64,000 bases of DNA. Source: Macrostomum lignano. Lineage: Eukaryota. The stretch covers positions 62,001 to 126,000 of the forward strand of contig NIVC01002232.1 in assembly GCA_002269645.1 (NCBI GenBank), written 5' to 3'. Positions 35,200 through 49,970 of this stretch are shown here, piece after piece. The position numbers and the translations under genes are program-made. The first letter of the stretch is position 1. Every line of letters begins with the position of its first letter. Below the pieces are notes generated by a model that worked only from the letters and a program-made list of their open reading frames with translations, was not told the DNA's origin and searched no databases.

Positions 35200-35525
35200 C
35201 CCGCTGCTGCCACCTCAGCAATTGCTGCAACCGCAGCAGCTGCAGCAGCTGCAGCAGCACCGGAAGCCGTCCATCGCTTGCACAGAAGACGACCCCATGG
35301 CTATTGGCCGGCCAATTGTGCAGTCAGATCAGTGAAGAATTTTCTCTTCTTCATTGACTTGACAAGCAGCTGTGCGAACTGCCCGATTGCTGGGAGCCCT
35401 GTGTGTTGATGGAGCAAGCAAAAAAGCTATACATATCTTCTTTTTCTGTGGCAATTCGTAAAAAGACCGCGTTTTTACAAGAGATAATAAAATGAATAGC
35501 ATATAGGCGCTAAATTGACTGCCAA

Positions 35526-36220
35526 ACCTGACCCTATCCCTGACCCTTATCAGTCCTGACCCTATCCCTGACCCTTATCAGTCCTGACCCTATCCCTGAC
35601 CCTTATCAGTCCTGACCCTATCCCTGACCCTTATCAGTCCTGACCCTTATCCCTGACCCTATCCCTGACCCTTATCAGTCCTGACCTTATCCCTGACCCT
35701 TATCAGTCCTGACCCTATCCCTGACCCTTATCAGTCCTGACCCTATCCCTGACCCTATCCCTGACCCTTATCACCCTTATCAGTCCTGACCTTATCCCTG
35801 ACCCTATCCCTGACCCTTATCAGTCCTGACCCTATCCCTGACCCTATCCCTGACCCTTATCAGTCCTGACCCTATCCTTGACCCTATCCCTGACCCTTAT
35901 CAGTCCTGACCCTATCCCTGACCCTTATCAGTCCTGACCCTATCCCTGACCCTTATCAGTCCTCTATCCCTGACCCTATCCCTGACCCTTATCAGTCCTG
36001 ACCCTATCCCTGACCCTATCCCTGACCCTAACCCTGACCGTATCCCTGACCCTAACCCTGAGCGTATCCCTGACCCTATCCCTGACCCTATCCCTGACCC
36101 TTTCATTGACCTAATCCCTGACCCTATCCCTGACCCTTTCATTGACCTAATCCCTGACCCTATCCCTGACCCTTTCATTGACCTAATCCCTGACCCTATC
36201 ATCGACCCTATCCGTGACCC
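35526..36220. repeat. Composite ccctgac-core minisatellite (about 28-bp unit ccctgacccttatcagtcctgaccctat with 12-bp subunits)
   Basis: Read directly; flanked by short inverted ttgactgcc (about 35515) and ggcagtcaa (about 36246). Confidence 0.92.
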
Positions 36221-37444
36221 TGAATCTTTGGCCTTCAAATGCCCCGGCAGTCAAAGCTCCTCACTGATCGTAGGGGGTGTGCAGCGGCGCCGGCTTTCTC
36301 ATCATGCATTGTGCTGGGAGCCGCAGGTCAATCAATTAGAATTCCAGGCATCTCTGTAGTGCAGTTTCTTTCTACGAAATCAAACCTTCAACTACTCCTC
36401 CCGACTGTTTTTTGGATTCGGTGTTTTAGGAGAGCCAAGTGTGTTGAATGTTTCTGCATGTCAATTTCAAATTTATTGTGACCATTTTAAATATCAAACT
36501 TCTTTGTCTGTTTGTCCAGCTGTTTGTGTTTTCAATTCATTTTGTTTGTAGCATCTCCAGAATTTGCTTTTATTTGTCTGCTTTCATTCGGGCACGTTTC
36601 GAGTTTTACAGCACCATTTCATTCCAATTTTATTGGCCTCTGTACTGTCCTAGAATAAGTTCTGTCTGATTTGACGTTATTTTGATGTATTTTTGTTTTG
36701 TCAAAAATGGCATCATTTACTGCACACTGATAGTGCCGCCCGTGTGTTTCTTGGATATTAATTAGCATATGTACGCTGTTACTACAGTGTACTGCATGTT
36801 TAAAGTTTTAACGTACATCAAGTTGTTGTTGTTTTCAATTTAATCGGATTTTTTTAGTTTCTTTTTGTCGCTTTTGCGTGAGTCTGTGTTTCTTGCCACC
36901 ATTGTTGTCTTAATTATTGTCTGCTTTTTTGTTATAATTCTGTGTGCAATATTAATAATCATAATTATTATTATTAGTCCTAGCAACTCTTCTCTCTGTT
37001 TTACAATCTTATTAGTCTTGCCTCTGCCTATCCGCTACTTCAGTCCCAGAGGAGGCTAACTGACTGGAGTGTTGTGCAGCCCATCTTCACGCCCTGAATT
37101 GCCTTCTGTCTGCTCCTTTCTGCTCCTGTCACGCGCTCGCTTGCTTGCTTGCTCGTGTCGGGTTCGCTTCAATTTCCTAGAAAGCGTTGCTGCCTCTTCA
37201 GCCAAGCATCCTCTACCTCTCTGTCTCTTTCTCCCGTCTCTCGATTCCCGCCACTTGGGAAAAAAAGTGCAAGAGAGCGTCTTTTATCTGTCAAAACAAT
37301 TTTTCTGTGGAAAATTGCTGCTTTTTCAGCACCCAGCCCGTCTGGTAATTCTATTGTAGTTTTATTTGACAGCATCATTTTCACTGATTGATTTTCATTT
37401 ATTGGACTTTTTATTCTTGCCTATCAGAGATTTTATTCGAGGTG

Positions 37445-37862
37445 CAATTTAGGGCAGTTTCTACTGGGATAGATTCCTATAGAGGGGAATTTAGGGCAGT
37501 TTCTACTGGGATAGATTCCTATAGAGGGGAATTTAGGGCAGTTTCTACTGGGATAGATTCCTATAGAGGGGAATTTAGGGCAGTTTCTACTGGGATAGAT
37601 TCCTATAGAGGGGAATTTAGGGCAGTTTCTACTGGGATAGATTCCTATAGAGGGGAATTTAGGGCAGTTTCTACTGGGATAGATTCCTATAGAGGGGAAT
37701 TTAGGGCAGTTTCTACTGGGATAGATTCCTATAGAGGGGAATTTAGGGCAGTTTCTACTGGGATAGATTCCTATAGAGGGGAATTTAGGGCAGTTTCTAC
37801 TGGGATAGATTCCTATAGAGGGGAATTTAGGGCAGTTTCTACTCGGATAGATTCCTAGGGCA
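37445..37862. repeat. Near-perfect 42-bp tandem repeat, about 10 copies
   Basis: aatttagggcagtttctactgggatagattcctatagagggg repeated almost without variants. Confidence 0.96.
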
Positions 37863-38399
37863 GTTTATCTTCGTATAGATTTCTCCAGAGGGGAATTAGT
37901 TTAGGTCAGTTTTCCAGGACTTAATTAAGATGGGATTCGAGAGTACTTCTCCTAGTCCTAAGGCGGAACTCGTAACTGTAAAACAAGTTTCTTCAATAAG
38001 AACAGGTTTGCTGTGTCTGCACTCTGTACTTGGTGTCGCACGTCTGCTTTTATTTGTAGCACGTCTGTTCGAGATTTGTTTCAGTCGGTCACGCGTCTTT
38101 GTGATTAGCCAATGCTTTAATAGTTACAGCACTACAGCAGCACAGTGAATTTCATTCGTGTCTCTGTGATATCTATCTATAAGATAGCTAGCTATCAGCG
38201 TCTAAAGAAGTATTTTGTTGGCCGTTTTGTGACTGTCGCAAAACTGAAGAAATGATATTTTCTTGTTTCAGCTCGCCTCTTTTCTTCTTATTTTAGAAAC
38301 TCGCACAAAATTACTAGCGGTTTTTGTAGGAAACTTTCGTGATAGCATATCTTGCGAATATATCGTTGGAGGCTGGTGACCACCTTGAAACTTCATAAG

Positions 38400-39590
38400 T
38401 TCGTAACTTCATAATGCAAGCTCGAAACATCACAATTTAAGCTCGAAACATCATAATGAAAGCTCGAAACTTTATATAATACACTTTATATAATGCACTA
38501 TAAAGCTCGAACCTTCATAATGTCTGCTCGAAACATCATAATGTAAGCTCGAAAGTTTATAATGCAAGCTCGAATCTTCAAAATGCAAGCTCGAAACTTC
38601 ATAATGCAAGCTCGAAACTATAATGCAAGCTCGAATCTTCACAATGCAAGCTCGAAATTATAATGCAAGCTCGAATATTCATAATGCAAGCTCGAATCTT
38701 CACAATGTAAGCTCGAATCTTCATAATGTAAGCTCGAAACTTGAAAAAATGTGAGCTCCAAACTTCACAATGTAAGCTCGAATCTTCACAAAGTAAGCTC
38801 GAATCTTCGTAATGCAAGCTCGAATATTCATAATGCAAACTCGAAGCTTCATAATGCAAGCTCGAATCTTCATAATGTAAGCTCGAAACTTCATAATGAG
38901 CTCGAAACTTGAAAAAATGTGATCTCGGAACTTCATAATGTAAGCTCGAAACTTCATAATGCAAGCTCGAAACATCACAATTTAAGCTCGAAACATCACA
39001 ATTTAAGCTCGAAACATCACAATTTAAGCTCGAAACATCATAATGAAAGCTCGAAACTTTATAAAATGCACTTTATATAATGCACTATAAAGCTCAAAAC
39101 TTCATAATGTCTGCTCGAAACATAATGTAAGCTCGAAAGCAGTGGCGGATCCAGAGTTTAATTTGGGGGGGGGGCGGTCCAAGTTTGGGGCGCCAACACG
39201 AGTGTAAGGGGCGCCAATTTTTAAGCTAGGGGGCGCAAAAAATGCGCGTAGGGGGCGAAAAATCACGTTTAGGGCGCAAATTTAGGTTTTTTGGCGGGCG
39301 CAATATGTTCGGTTAAGCTATTTTGGAGGGGGGGGGGGGCCGCCCCCCCGCCCTCCCCCTAAATCGCCCCTGCTCGAAAGTTTATAATGCAAGCTCGAAT
39401 CTTCATAATGCAAGCTCGAAACTTCATAATGCAAGCTCGAAACTATAATGCAAGCTCGAATCTTCCTAATGTAATCTCGAAACTTCATAATGTCTGCTCG
39501 AAACATCATAATGTAAGCTCGAAACCTGAAAAAATGTGAGCTCCAAACTTCACAATGTAAGCTCGAATCTTCATAATGTAAGCTCGAAAC
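38400..39590. repeat. 21-bp minisatellite (aagctcgaaacttcataatgc) interrupted by a MITE
   Basis: Read directly; internal block duplication (about 38420-38600 vs 38960-39140). Confidence 0.93.
39140..39372. mobile_element. hAT-type MITE (233 bp) inserted into the 21-bp array
   Basis: 8-bp TSD ctcgaaag at 39132-39139 and 39373-39380; termini cagtggcggat / atcgcccctg; ggggcg subterminal repeats. Confidence 0.9.
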
Positions 39591-40199
39591 TTTTTATGTA
39601 AGTTCGAAAGCGACCTTAATTTACTTGCCATATTATGGCTCCTCCAGAGGAGGCTTAACGTGAGAAGACTACTGCATGGGCACAGATATTTCATACGTTT
39701 GTTTCCTTAGGTTCGTAGCAACAAAAAATAGCAGAGCAGCAGCTGAAAGAGCCTGTTCGACTCTTCGAGGAGAAACACAGGGGAGCAGCTGACGCCTTGC
39801 TGCTTCTCTTCTCCCTGCTCTTCCCGCCTCTAACCAGTCTCTGCAATCATCCTCCCCTGCTGCTCCGCGATGCTGTTCCCCACTGTAGAAATTTTGTTTT
39901 CGAGAGCTCAAGCGAAACGGAACGACTAGTAAAGCATTTGGGGCAGAAATATGAGGCTGAGTCATGCATGCAGCAATTAGCAGTGCACAGGTGCAGCGGT
40001 TGGGATCTGTCTAGCAATTTTGCTTGGCAATAAAGGTATTTACTAATCTATGTTCTCGCCTCGGTCTATCACGTTCAAAATTGTGCCGATGATAGACTGT
40101 ATAACAAATATTTTAACTGTTTTTTACATTTTAACTGTCTAGAAATGTAGTCACATGCAATGTAATGTAATACATGTACATGTAGATATAGTCACAGAA

Positions 40200-41010
40200 T
40201 GCTCATCTGGGATTTCCCAGAGCTACCTGAATGTAAATCTGGGATTCTCCTATCTTCTACCTGAATGAAAATCTGGATTTCACACAGCCACTGAATGTGC
40301 ATCTGGATTTACCATAGCTACTGAATGTACATCTGGATTTACCATAGCTACTGAATGTACATCTGGGATTACCCACAGCTATTGAATGTACATATGGATT
40401 TACCTGATTTATCTGAGATTCCCCTATCTTCTACCTGAATGTAAATCTGGGATTCCCCATCTTCTACCTGAATTTAAATCTGGGATTCCCCTATCTTCTA
40501 CCTGAATGTAAATCTGGGATTCCCCTATCTTCTACCTGAATGTAAATCTGGGATTCCCCTATCTTCTACCTGAGTGTAAATCTGGATTTCACATAGCTAC
40601 TGAATGTACATCTGGGATTACCCACAGCTATTGAATGTACATATGGATTTACCCGATTTATCTGAGATTCCCCTATCTTCTACCTGAATGTAAATCTGGG
40701 ATTTCCCCATCTTCTACCTGAATTTAAATCTGGGATTCCCCTATCTTCTACCTGAATGTAAATCTGGGATTCCCCTATCTTCTACCTGAATGTAAATCTG
40801 GGATTTCCCCATCTTCTACCTAAATGTAAATCTGGGATTCCCCTATCTTCTACCTGAGTGTAAATCTGGGATTCCCCTATCTTCTACCTGAATGTAAATC
40901 TGGGATTCCCCTATCTTCTACCTGAGTGTAAATCTGGATTTCACATAGCTACTGAATGTACATCTGAGAATTCCCGTAGCTACTGAATGTACAAATTGAT
41001 GCGGGATTCC
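40200..41010. repeat. 34-bp minisatellite (tctacctgaatgtaaatctgggattcccctatct) with degenerate flanks
   Basis: Read directly. Confidence 0.93.
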
Positions 41011-41754
41011 CATGGTTACAGTGCATAAAATAGGATTTTCCATGGCTAACGGATGTACATCAGTTGTACACATGAGATTCCCCTACTCCAGTGTCATTAA
41101 TCAAAGGAAAAGCCAGCAGCAAATGGTACACAGTGTTTGCATCTAAACAGGGTAATTAATCTATTTGCAAAAATTATCCGAGCACAAATAATTAAATTCC
41201 GTGTGAAAGATTTAAATACATTTCATATTTCGAAACAGACTGCCAGCTAAAGTACATCTTAGTTAGCAAATTAAATTTGGCATTATGCAAAATTGCAAAA
41301 AAATCAATCAGCGGCTTAAAAATAATAATACATAATGATTTTAGAGTGCTCCTAGGATTAAAAAGATAATCATCAGTAAATGATAAGCAGAGGAGGGCAA
41401 GCGTTGTGTCTCGAGTATAAAAACCGGTTCGCTTGAATGAATATTGCAAGTCTTGAAGTTTATGGATACAATAAATACCATAATCTAGCATATACACTGA
41501 TATACCTGCTGCTAGCGCACACACCTGGCTTACACCTGGAAATCAAATATAATACATGGTTGGGTCTCGGTAGCAGGTGACACTGATGTGATCGCGTATT
41601 GTACTGACCAGATTGCCTAAATAGAAAATCTATCAGAGCCAATTGGGGCTCCAGTAAGATTACTCGCAAGTTGTTAGTAACTGAGAATACTGGTGCTGTG
41701 CTTAATCTCATCTATGACCTTTAATTTTTTATCGTGTTCTGATTTGATAACTAA

Positions 41755-42830
41755 ATCTCACCCATGAGATCTAATTCAAAATCAATTCTCACCCATGAGA
41801 TCTAATTCAAAATCAATTCTCACCCATGAGATCCAATTCAAAATCAATTCTCACCCATGAGATCTAATTCAAAATCAATTCTCACCCATGAGATCTAATT
41901 CAAAATCAATTCTCACCCATGAGATCTAATTCAAAATCAATTCTCACCCATGAGATCTAATTCAAAATCAATTCTCACCCATGAGATCCAATTCAATACA
42001 AATCTCACTCATGAGATCTAATTCAATATAAATCTCACTCATGAGAACTAATTGAATACAAATCTAACCCATGAGAACTAATTCAATTAAAATCTCACCC
42101 ATGAGAACTAATTCAATTTAAATCTCACCCATGAGAACTAATTCAATTTAAATCTCACTCATGAGAACTAATTCAATTTAAATCTCACTCATGAGAACTA
42201 ATTCAATTTAAATCTCACTCATGAGAACTAATTCAATACAAATCTCACCCATGAGAACTAATTCAATTTAAATCTCACTCATGAGAACTAATTCAATTTA
42301 AATCTAACCCATGAGAACTAATTCAATACAAATCTCACCCATGAGAACTAATTCAATTAAAATCTCACCCATGAGAACTAATTCAATTTAAATCTCACCC
42401 ATGAGAACTAATTCAATTTAAATCTCACTCATGAGAACTAATTCAATTTAAATCTCACTCATGAGAACTAATTCAATTTAAATCTCACCCATGAGAACTA
42501 ATTCAATTTAAATCTAACCCATGAGAACTAATTCAATACAAATCTCACCCATGAGAACTAATTCAATTTAAAACTCACTCATGAGAACTAATTCAATTTA
42601 AATCTCACTCATGAGAACTAATTCAATTTAAATCTCACTCATGAGAACTAATTCAATTTAAATCTAACCCATGAGAACTAATTCAATTTAAATCTCACCC
42701 ATGAGAACTAATTCAATTTAAATCTCACCCATGAGAACTAATTCAATACAAATCTCACCCATGAGAACTAATTCAATGTAAATCTCACTCATGAGAACTA
42801 ATTCAATTTAAAACTCATTGGCAAGAACTA
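41755..42830. repeat. 31-bp minisatellite with two segregated subtypes (tctcacccatgagatctaattcaaaatcaat, then aatctcacYcatgagaactaattcaattta)
   Basis: Subtype switch near 41990 read directly. Confidence 0.95.
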
Positions 42831-43583
42831 GTTTAACTCAAATCTTAAATACGTCCCAGATCTGTATGAGATTAAGGCTAGGGAATCGAAATAACATCGA
42901 CATACCACGAGGTGACATTATGTATTCAGAGTGAAGCCTTATAAGACTGTGAAAAGCCATTATGAATATGAATGGCCTGATGAATTTAAAATAAAAAACC
43001 AGTTAAATTGTAAATAACAGCTTGGAGCAAAGTAAAAAGAAAGCAGTATCAATCTACTTGAGTAGCACAGAGCGCATGAACATTATAATTATTGGCTAAT
43101 CATACTGCATTGCAAGTGAGGGCCAGTGATCTCTGACCCCAATGTAGAATTAATAATTAATCGAAGGCAAAGTTAAACAAAGCAAAAAAACTCTGACGCA
43201 AAAAAAACCTGATACTATTGTGAAGCCTTAGAACTTTTTTCTATTAACAAAAAACCAAGGAAGCACTTATAGTAGTATATATTACGAGTAGATAAATGTT
43301 GAAATGAAAACGATTTAACTGTAAAAAAAGATTCGCCATACTCTACTACTAGATGTTCAGCAACTAAGTAGTACAACAGATTCATTTAGCAAAAATATGA
43401 TCAACTTACAATCTAAGAAAAATATCTAAAACAAAACCATTGCCCACACTACGCTACTGAGTGGAGAATCGAGCAAGTAGTGCAGTTTGAGCATGATTTG
43501 TATAAAAAGGGACGAAAATTTCGGTAAAATTTCACCCCGTGAATAATCAAAGAATTAATCAAATGAATCATTTTAATTGCTGA

Positions 43584-46217
<2,634 letters not shown>

Positions 46218-47454
46218 TTCCAAGCACAGTCAGTCCAGCTGAAAGAAGGGAAGTATGAATGGAAGAAATACTAAGGCAATTTTCCAACTAATGTAGAAAA
46301 CAGTATTATGTATACTATTTACCAAGCATAGAAAAACAAATCTTGATTATGATCTCCATTGGTCTTGGCATTGGCTAAAGTTCATGAATAGAATAGGTCC
46401 ATAAATTTCCCAATCAATCTTCATTACTTACTTAAATTCTCTATTTAGTAAACAACCCATATAGGTCTATCTATTGCTAAGTTTATGGCCATAAAAAACT
46501 ATTTTGCTAACTAATATTGCTAACTTAATGATATCAAAAGTGATCATACTATGATTGCATATATCCCTATTTTAGACAAAAAATACAATCTAACACATTT
46601 GATAAGATTAAAAAATTCATAATCATAATCAAATTCATAAGTTGGGCCATAACTATAAAGAATAGATTCTTCTAAGAAAAAAATAAGGGAATTAAGTATC
46701 TATCTTGCTGTTGACTAAGTATACTATTAATAAAAATAAGAAAATCAAAAATCAAAATGACCTATGGCCTTTTCTAGAAAACTTGCAGTTTTCCCTTATA
46801 AGTTTTGATACTGACTTTCAAGTAGTCTAGGAGGAGATATGCAACAAACAGACCACATTTGTGGAAGGCTTTTATTTTTACAAAAAAATCTAACCTTTTT
46901 ATGCAATTTCAAATCTGTGTTTCTGAGAAAAATGTTTTGTTAGAATGCTCCTATTTTCTAAAATATTTTTGTAACTATTTTTTGTTTAAAACAGTTCTAA
47001 AAATTAGTATAAATAGACAAAATTTTGGGTGAGGATAAGACAATTCATTTTGAGCTTTCAATCCTATTTTAAACCTTACTAGCTAACTGAGCAAATTTAT
47101 ATAGTGAGTTCCAAATAAATGTTTGAGAAGTGATTCCAACTTAGTTAATTTTCTAAGAGTGAAGTAGAAAGAGCATATACCAAGTGTAATACTAAGTAGT
47201 TTTAGTTTTTCTAGTTTTAATTGTAGAAAAAGAATATACAATAAGAATACACAATAAAATGAGTATTGAATTACTAAAAAAGCACTACATTAATCCAAAC
47301 TATATTAAAACTAAAATAAAAAATATATATACCTGGTATCAAATTGAGCAACTTATATATATATATATATATAAAATATATAAAATATATAAATATATAA
47401 AATGTATAAACATATATATATATTTTATAATTGCTATACCATAGTTTGGAAAGC

Positions 47455-47692
47455 AACATGTATGCCCAAAAACCTAATTTTGCACCCCCTAAACTATATT
47501 TTTTGCCTCTAAACACCTTTTTTACGCCTCTAAGCTTTAATTTTTGCCCTCTCCCTACACACATTTTTTGTGCCTCTAAGCTTGATTTTTTGCCCCTTAT
47601 TCACAATTTATATTCCTCCTGGCTTAAAAATTGGTGCCTTTTATACTCGTGTTGGTGCCCCTAACTTGGACAGCCCTTCCCAAAATGAATCT
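47455..47692 (-). mobile_element. Old, CpG-decayed relative of the MITE at 39140-39372 (a related terminus at 48881-48900)
   Basis: gcttaaaaattggtgccttttatactcgtgttggtgcccctaacttggac vs MITE reverse complement gcttaaaaattggcgccccttacactcgtgttggcgccccaaacttggac; aaactctagatctgccactg vs aaactctggatccgccactg. Confidence 0.75.
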
Positions 47693-47761
47693 ATAGTGAC
47701 CTTTGTGAAAGTTTGATGCATTATGAATTATATTGTAGAAGTGGTTAATAGTTTCTAGGAA

Positions 47762-48437
47762 TGTAACAGTTTGAATCTGGGCTAATAATCTGTTTTACTC
47801 TGAAGAATATTCTATATATTCTAGATATTCTATATATTCTCAATATTTGATATTTGTTAAAAATTCACACGTTCGAATAGTATAAATAGGGGCAGGATGA
47901 GAGGAAAAAGAGATAACTCGTTCGTTAGCTATAAGCTTAAAACGTGTTCAATAAACCATTCTCAGATCATTGTTCATTTCTAAGAGTATTGTGAAGAAGG
48001 TTGAAAGTTGCACTTGGGATTCATGCAAAGAGTAGTACTAAGAGTAATCGCTGTGACCCTCTAATCTCGGTAACGCCCAGACTGGAGAAAGAGAGAGAAA
48101 GTACATATACCAGTAAGACCGCTCAGGCCATATACTAAGAACGCTACCAGACCATATACTAAGAACACTACCAGACCATATACTAAGAACGCTACCCAGA
48201 AATATTTAAATGAAATTCTAAGAAATAGTTAGGAAGTGAAAATGGAAGTATAATCAGGATAACTTTAGTTAGCAGACAAGAATAACCGTTGGGACAACTT
48301 GGTACCAACCGGTGGGATAAGTGACTAGGCAAAGGCTAATGATTAGGAAGACAGAGGAAACAGCCCTAGTACAACTTGGTGGCTTAACGGTAGGATATTT
48401 AATAAGAGGAATAAGAAGAGCCATAACCACTGTTACA
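47762..48437 (+). mobile_element. Putative solo LTR (676 bp)
   Basis: Begins tgtaacagt, ends actgttaca (9-bp inverted termini, TG...CA). Internal tataaata near 47880 and aataaa near 47950. Flanks do not form a TSD. Confidence 0.5.
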
Positions 48438-48577
48438 ATATTTATTTATAGAAGTTTCCCCATAGAGTACAAATTAAATTCTAGAAAGTTCTCTTATTAT
48501 ATATTAACTAATTTCAATACTTGCATTTATAAATATTCAATATATAATTTATTACAATAAAGCAGTACTACAATTAA

Positions 48578-48677
48578 CCCTCAAACGGAAATTTGGGGTC
48601 CAATGGACCCCACAATAACTTTTCCCATGTGTTTTCAATGGAGGTTTTTCTATTATCGTGGCCTAACCGTTTGAGGG
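48578..48677. mobile_element. 100-bp piggyBac-like MITE
   Basis: TTAA on both sides (48574-48577, 48678-48681); perfect 11-bp TIR ccctcaaacgg/ccgtttgaggg; internal ggggtc-caatg-gacccc palindrome. Confidence 0.85.
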
Positions 48678-49970
48678 TTAATGCAAATGTAAAAGGAATC
48701 AATAATTTATACTTGTTTTGTTATAATGCTTAGATTAGAATGTTCTAGAAGTTTCTAGTCATGCTCCTGATGACTATAAATAAATGGTAACAACTGCAGA
48801 TAATGTTTGCTTCTCCTTACTTTTTACTCCACTGTTTTAACCAAATAAAATAAGAACCAACACCTAGCTCTATCCCTACAAAACTCTAGATCTGCCACTG
48901 TATTGTATATATATATTAAATAGCCATATATTATATTTATAAATTTATAAAAAAAGAACGGAGAAGAAATATCAAGATAATTTTTAAGCTCATTGTATTT
49001 GTAAAACATTAAATTTAAAATAATTTGCAAATTCAATATTGTTTAAACCAATAAAAAAGTCTGATTCTAATATAGTTTTAATTATGGCCTATTTGTTTTA
49101 TGGTATCAAAACTTTTTAGCCATATGGATAAGTCTATTTATATCATTTTATGCTTCTCTAGGCCTAGTCTTTTATATATCTGTTTTACAAATAGTTTTTG
49201 CTAGCCATAGGGCCCCCAAGTCTAAAATAAAACTGTGTGAAGTTTAAAACAAAAAAGCAAGATAAATAACCCATACTTGTTTTAGATAATTATACTATAG
49301 CTATAATAGGCCTAACTTTAGAGAAGAGCGTCTACTTTTGTAAACAAAACGTAGGAAATGAATAACTGTCTTTTTGGCATGGGTAGGATCAGGATGACAC
49401 TTGAACTTGAACCAAAGATAGGGTACAAGGGTACTAGATTAAAAAGGTACCAGACATTTTAACCAAAAAATTATCTCCAGGACACTTAGGCCAGTCAAGT
49501 TAAGACGCTTCGCATAAAATCTGGGATATTTTATCCAAAGGCAAAAAGAGAAGAGGTGAGATTGGTGCGGACACTGCGGATGCCGAGATGTAGGCTGCCT
49601 TTCTAACAAAGTCGTCGATTTAAAAGAAATAAATGTTTTGGTTTTAACAACTTTGGAAATGCAAAAAATCATTCAGTCAAAGGTTAATAAAGGACTTTAC
49701 TAAATCCTTTTAGTTACTTTGCTTTCTAAATGGTGCTTTGAATGCAATAGATTCTAACAAACTGATCTATTGTGCGTCGCGTGTTTTTTTCCATTATTAA
49801 TAATCCCACTTTCAAAGAAAGATCCTGTCCTGTGCATGTACTCCAAACTCCTAGGTGTTATCGTTGTCCTAAATTCACGAGAAAATCAAGCAACACTTTT
49901 ATCTGATTGGTAATTGTCTACAAAATACGGCACATTATTTGAATTTTAGCTTTCAAATACACTATTTGCT

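Noticed and set aside
39720-40033. About 105-codon open frame after a possible acceptor
   Set aside because: No recognisable domain and no upstream exon identified.
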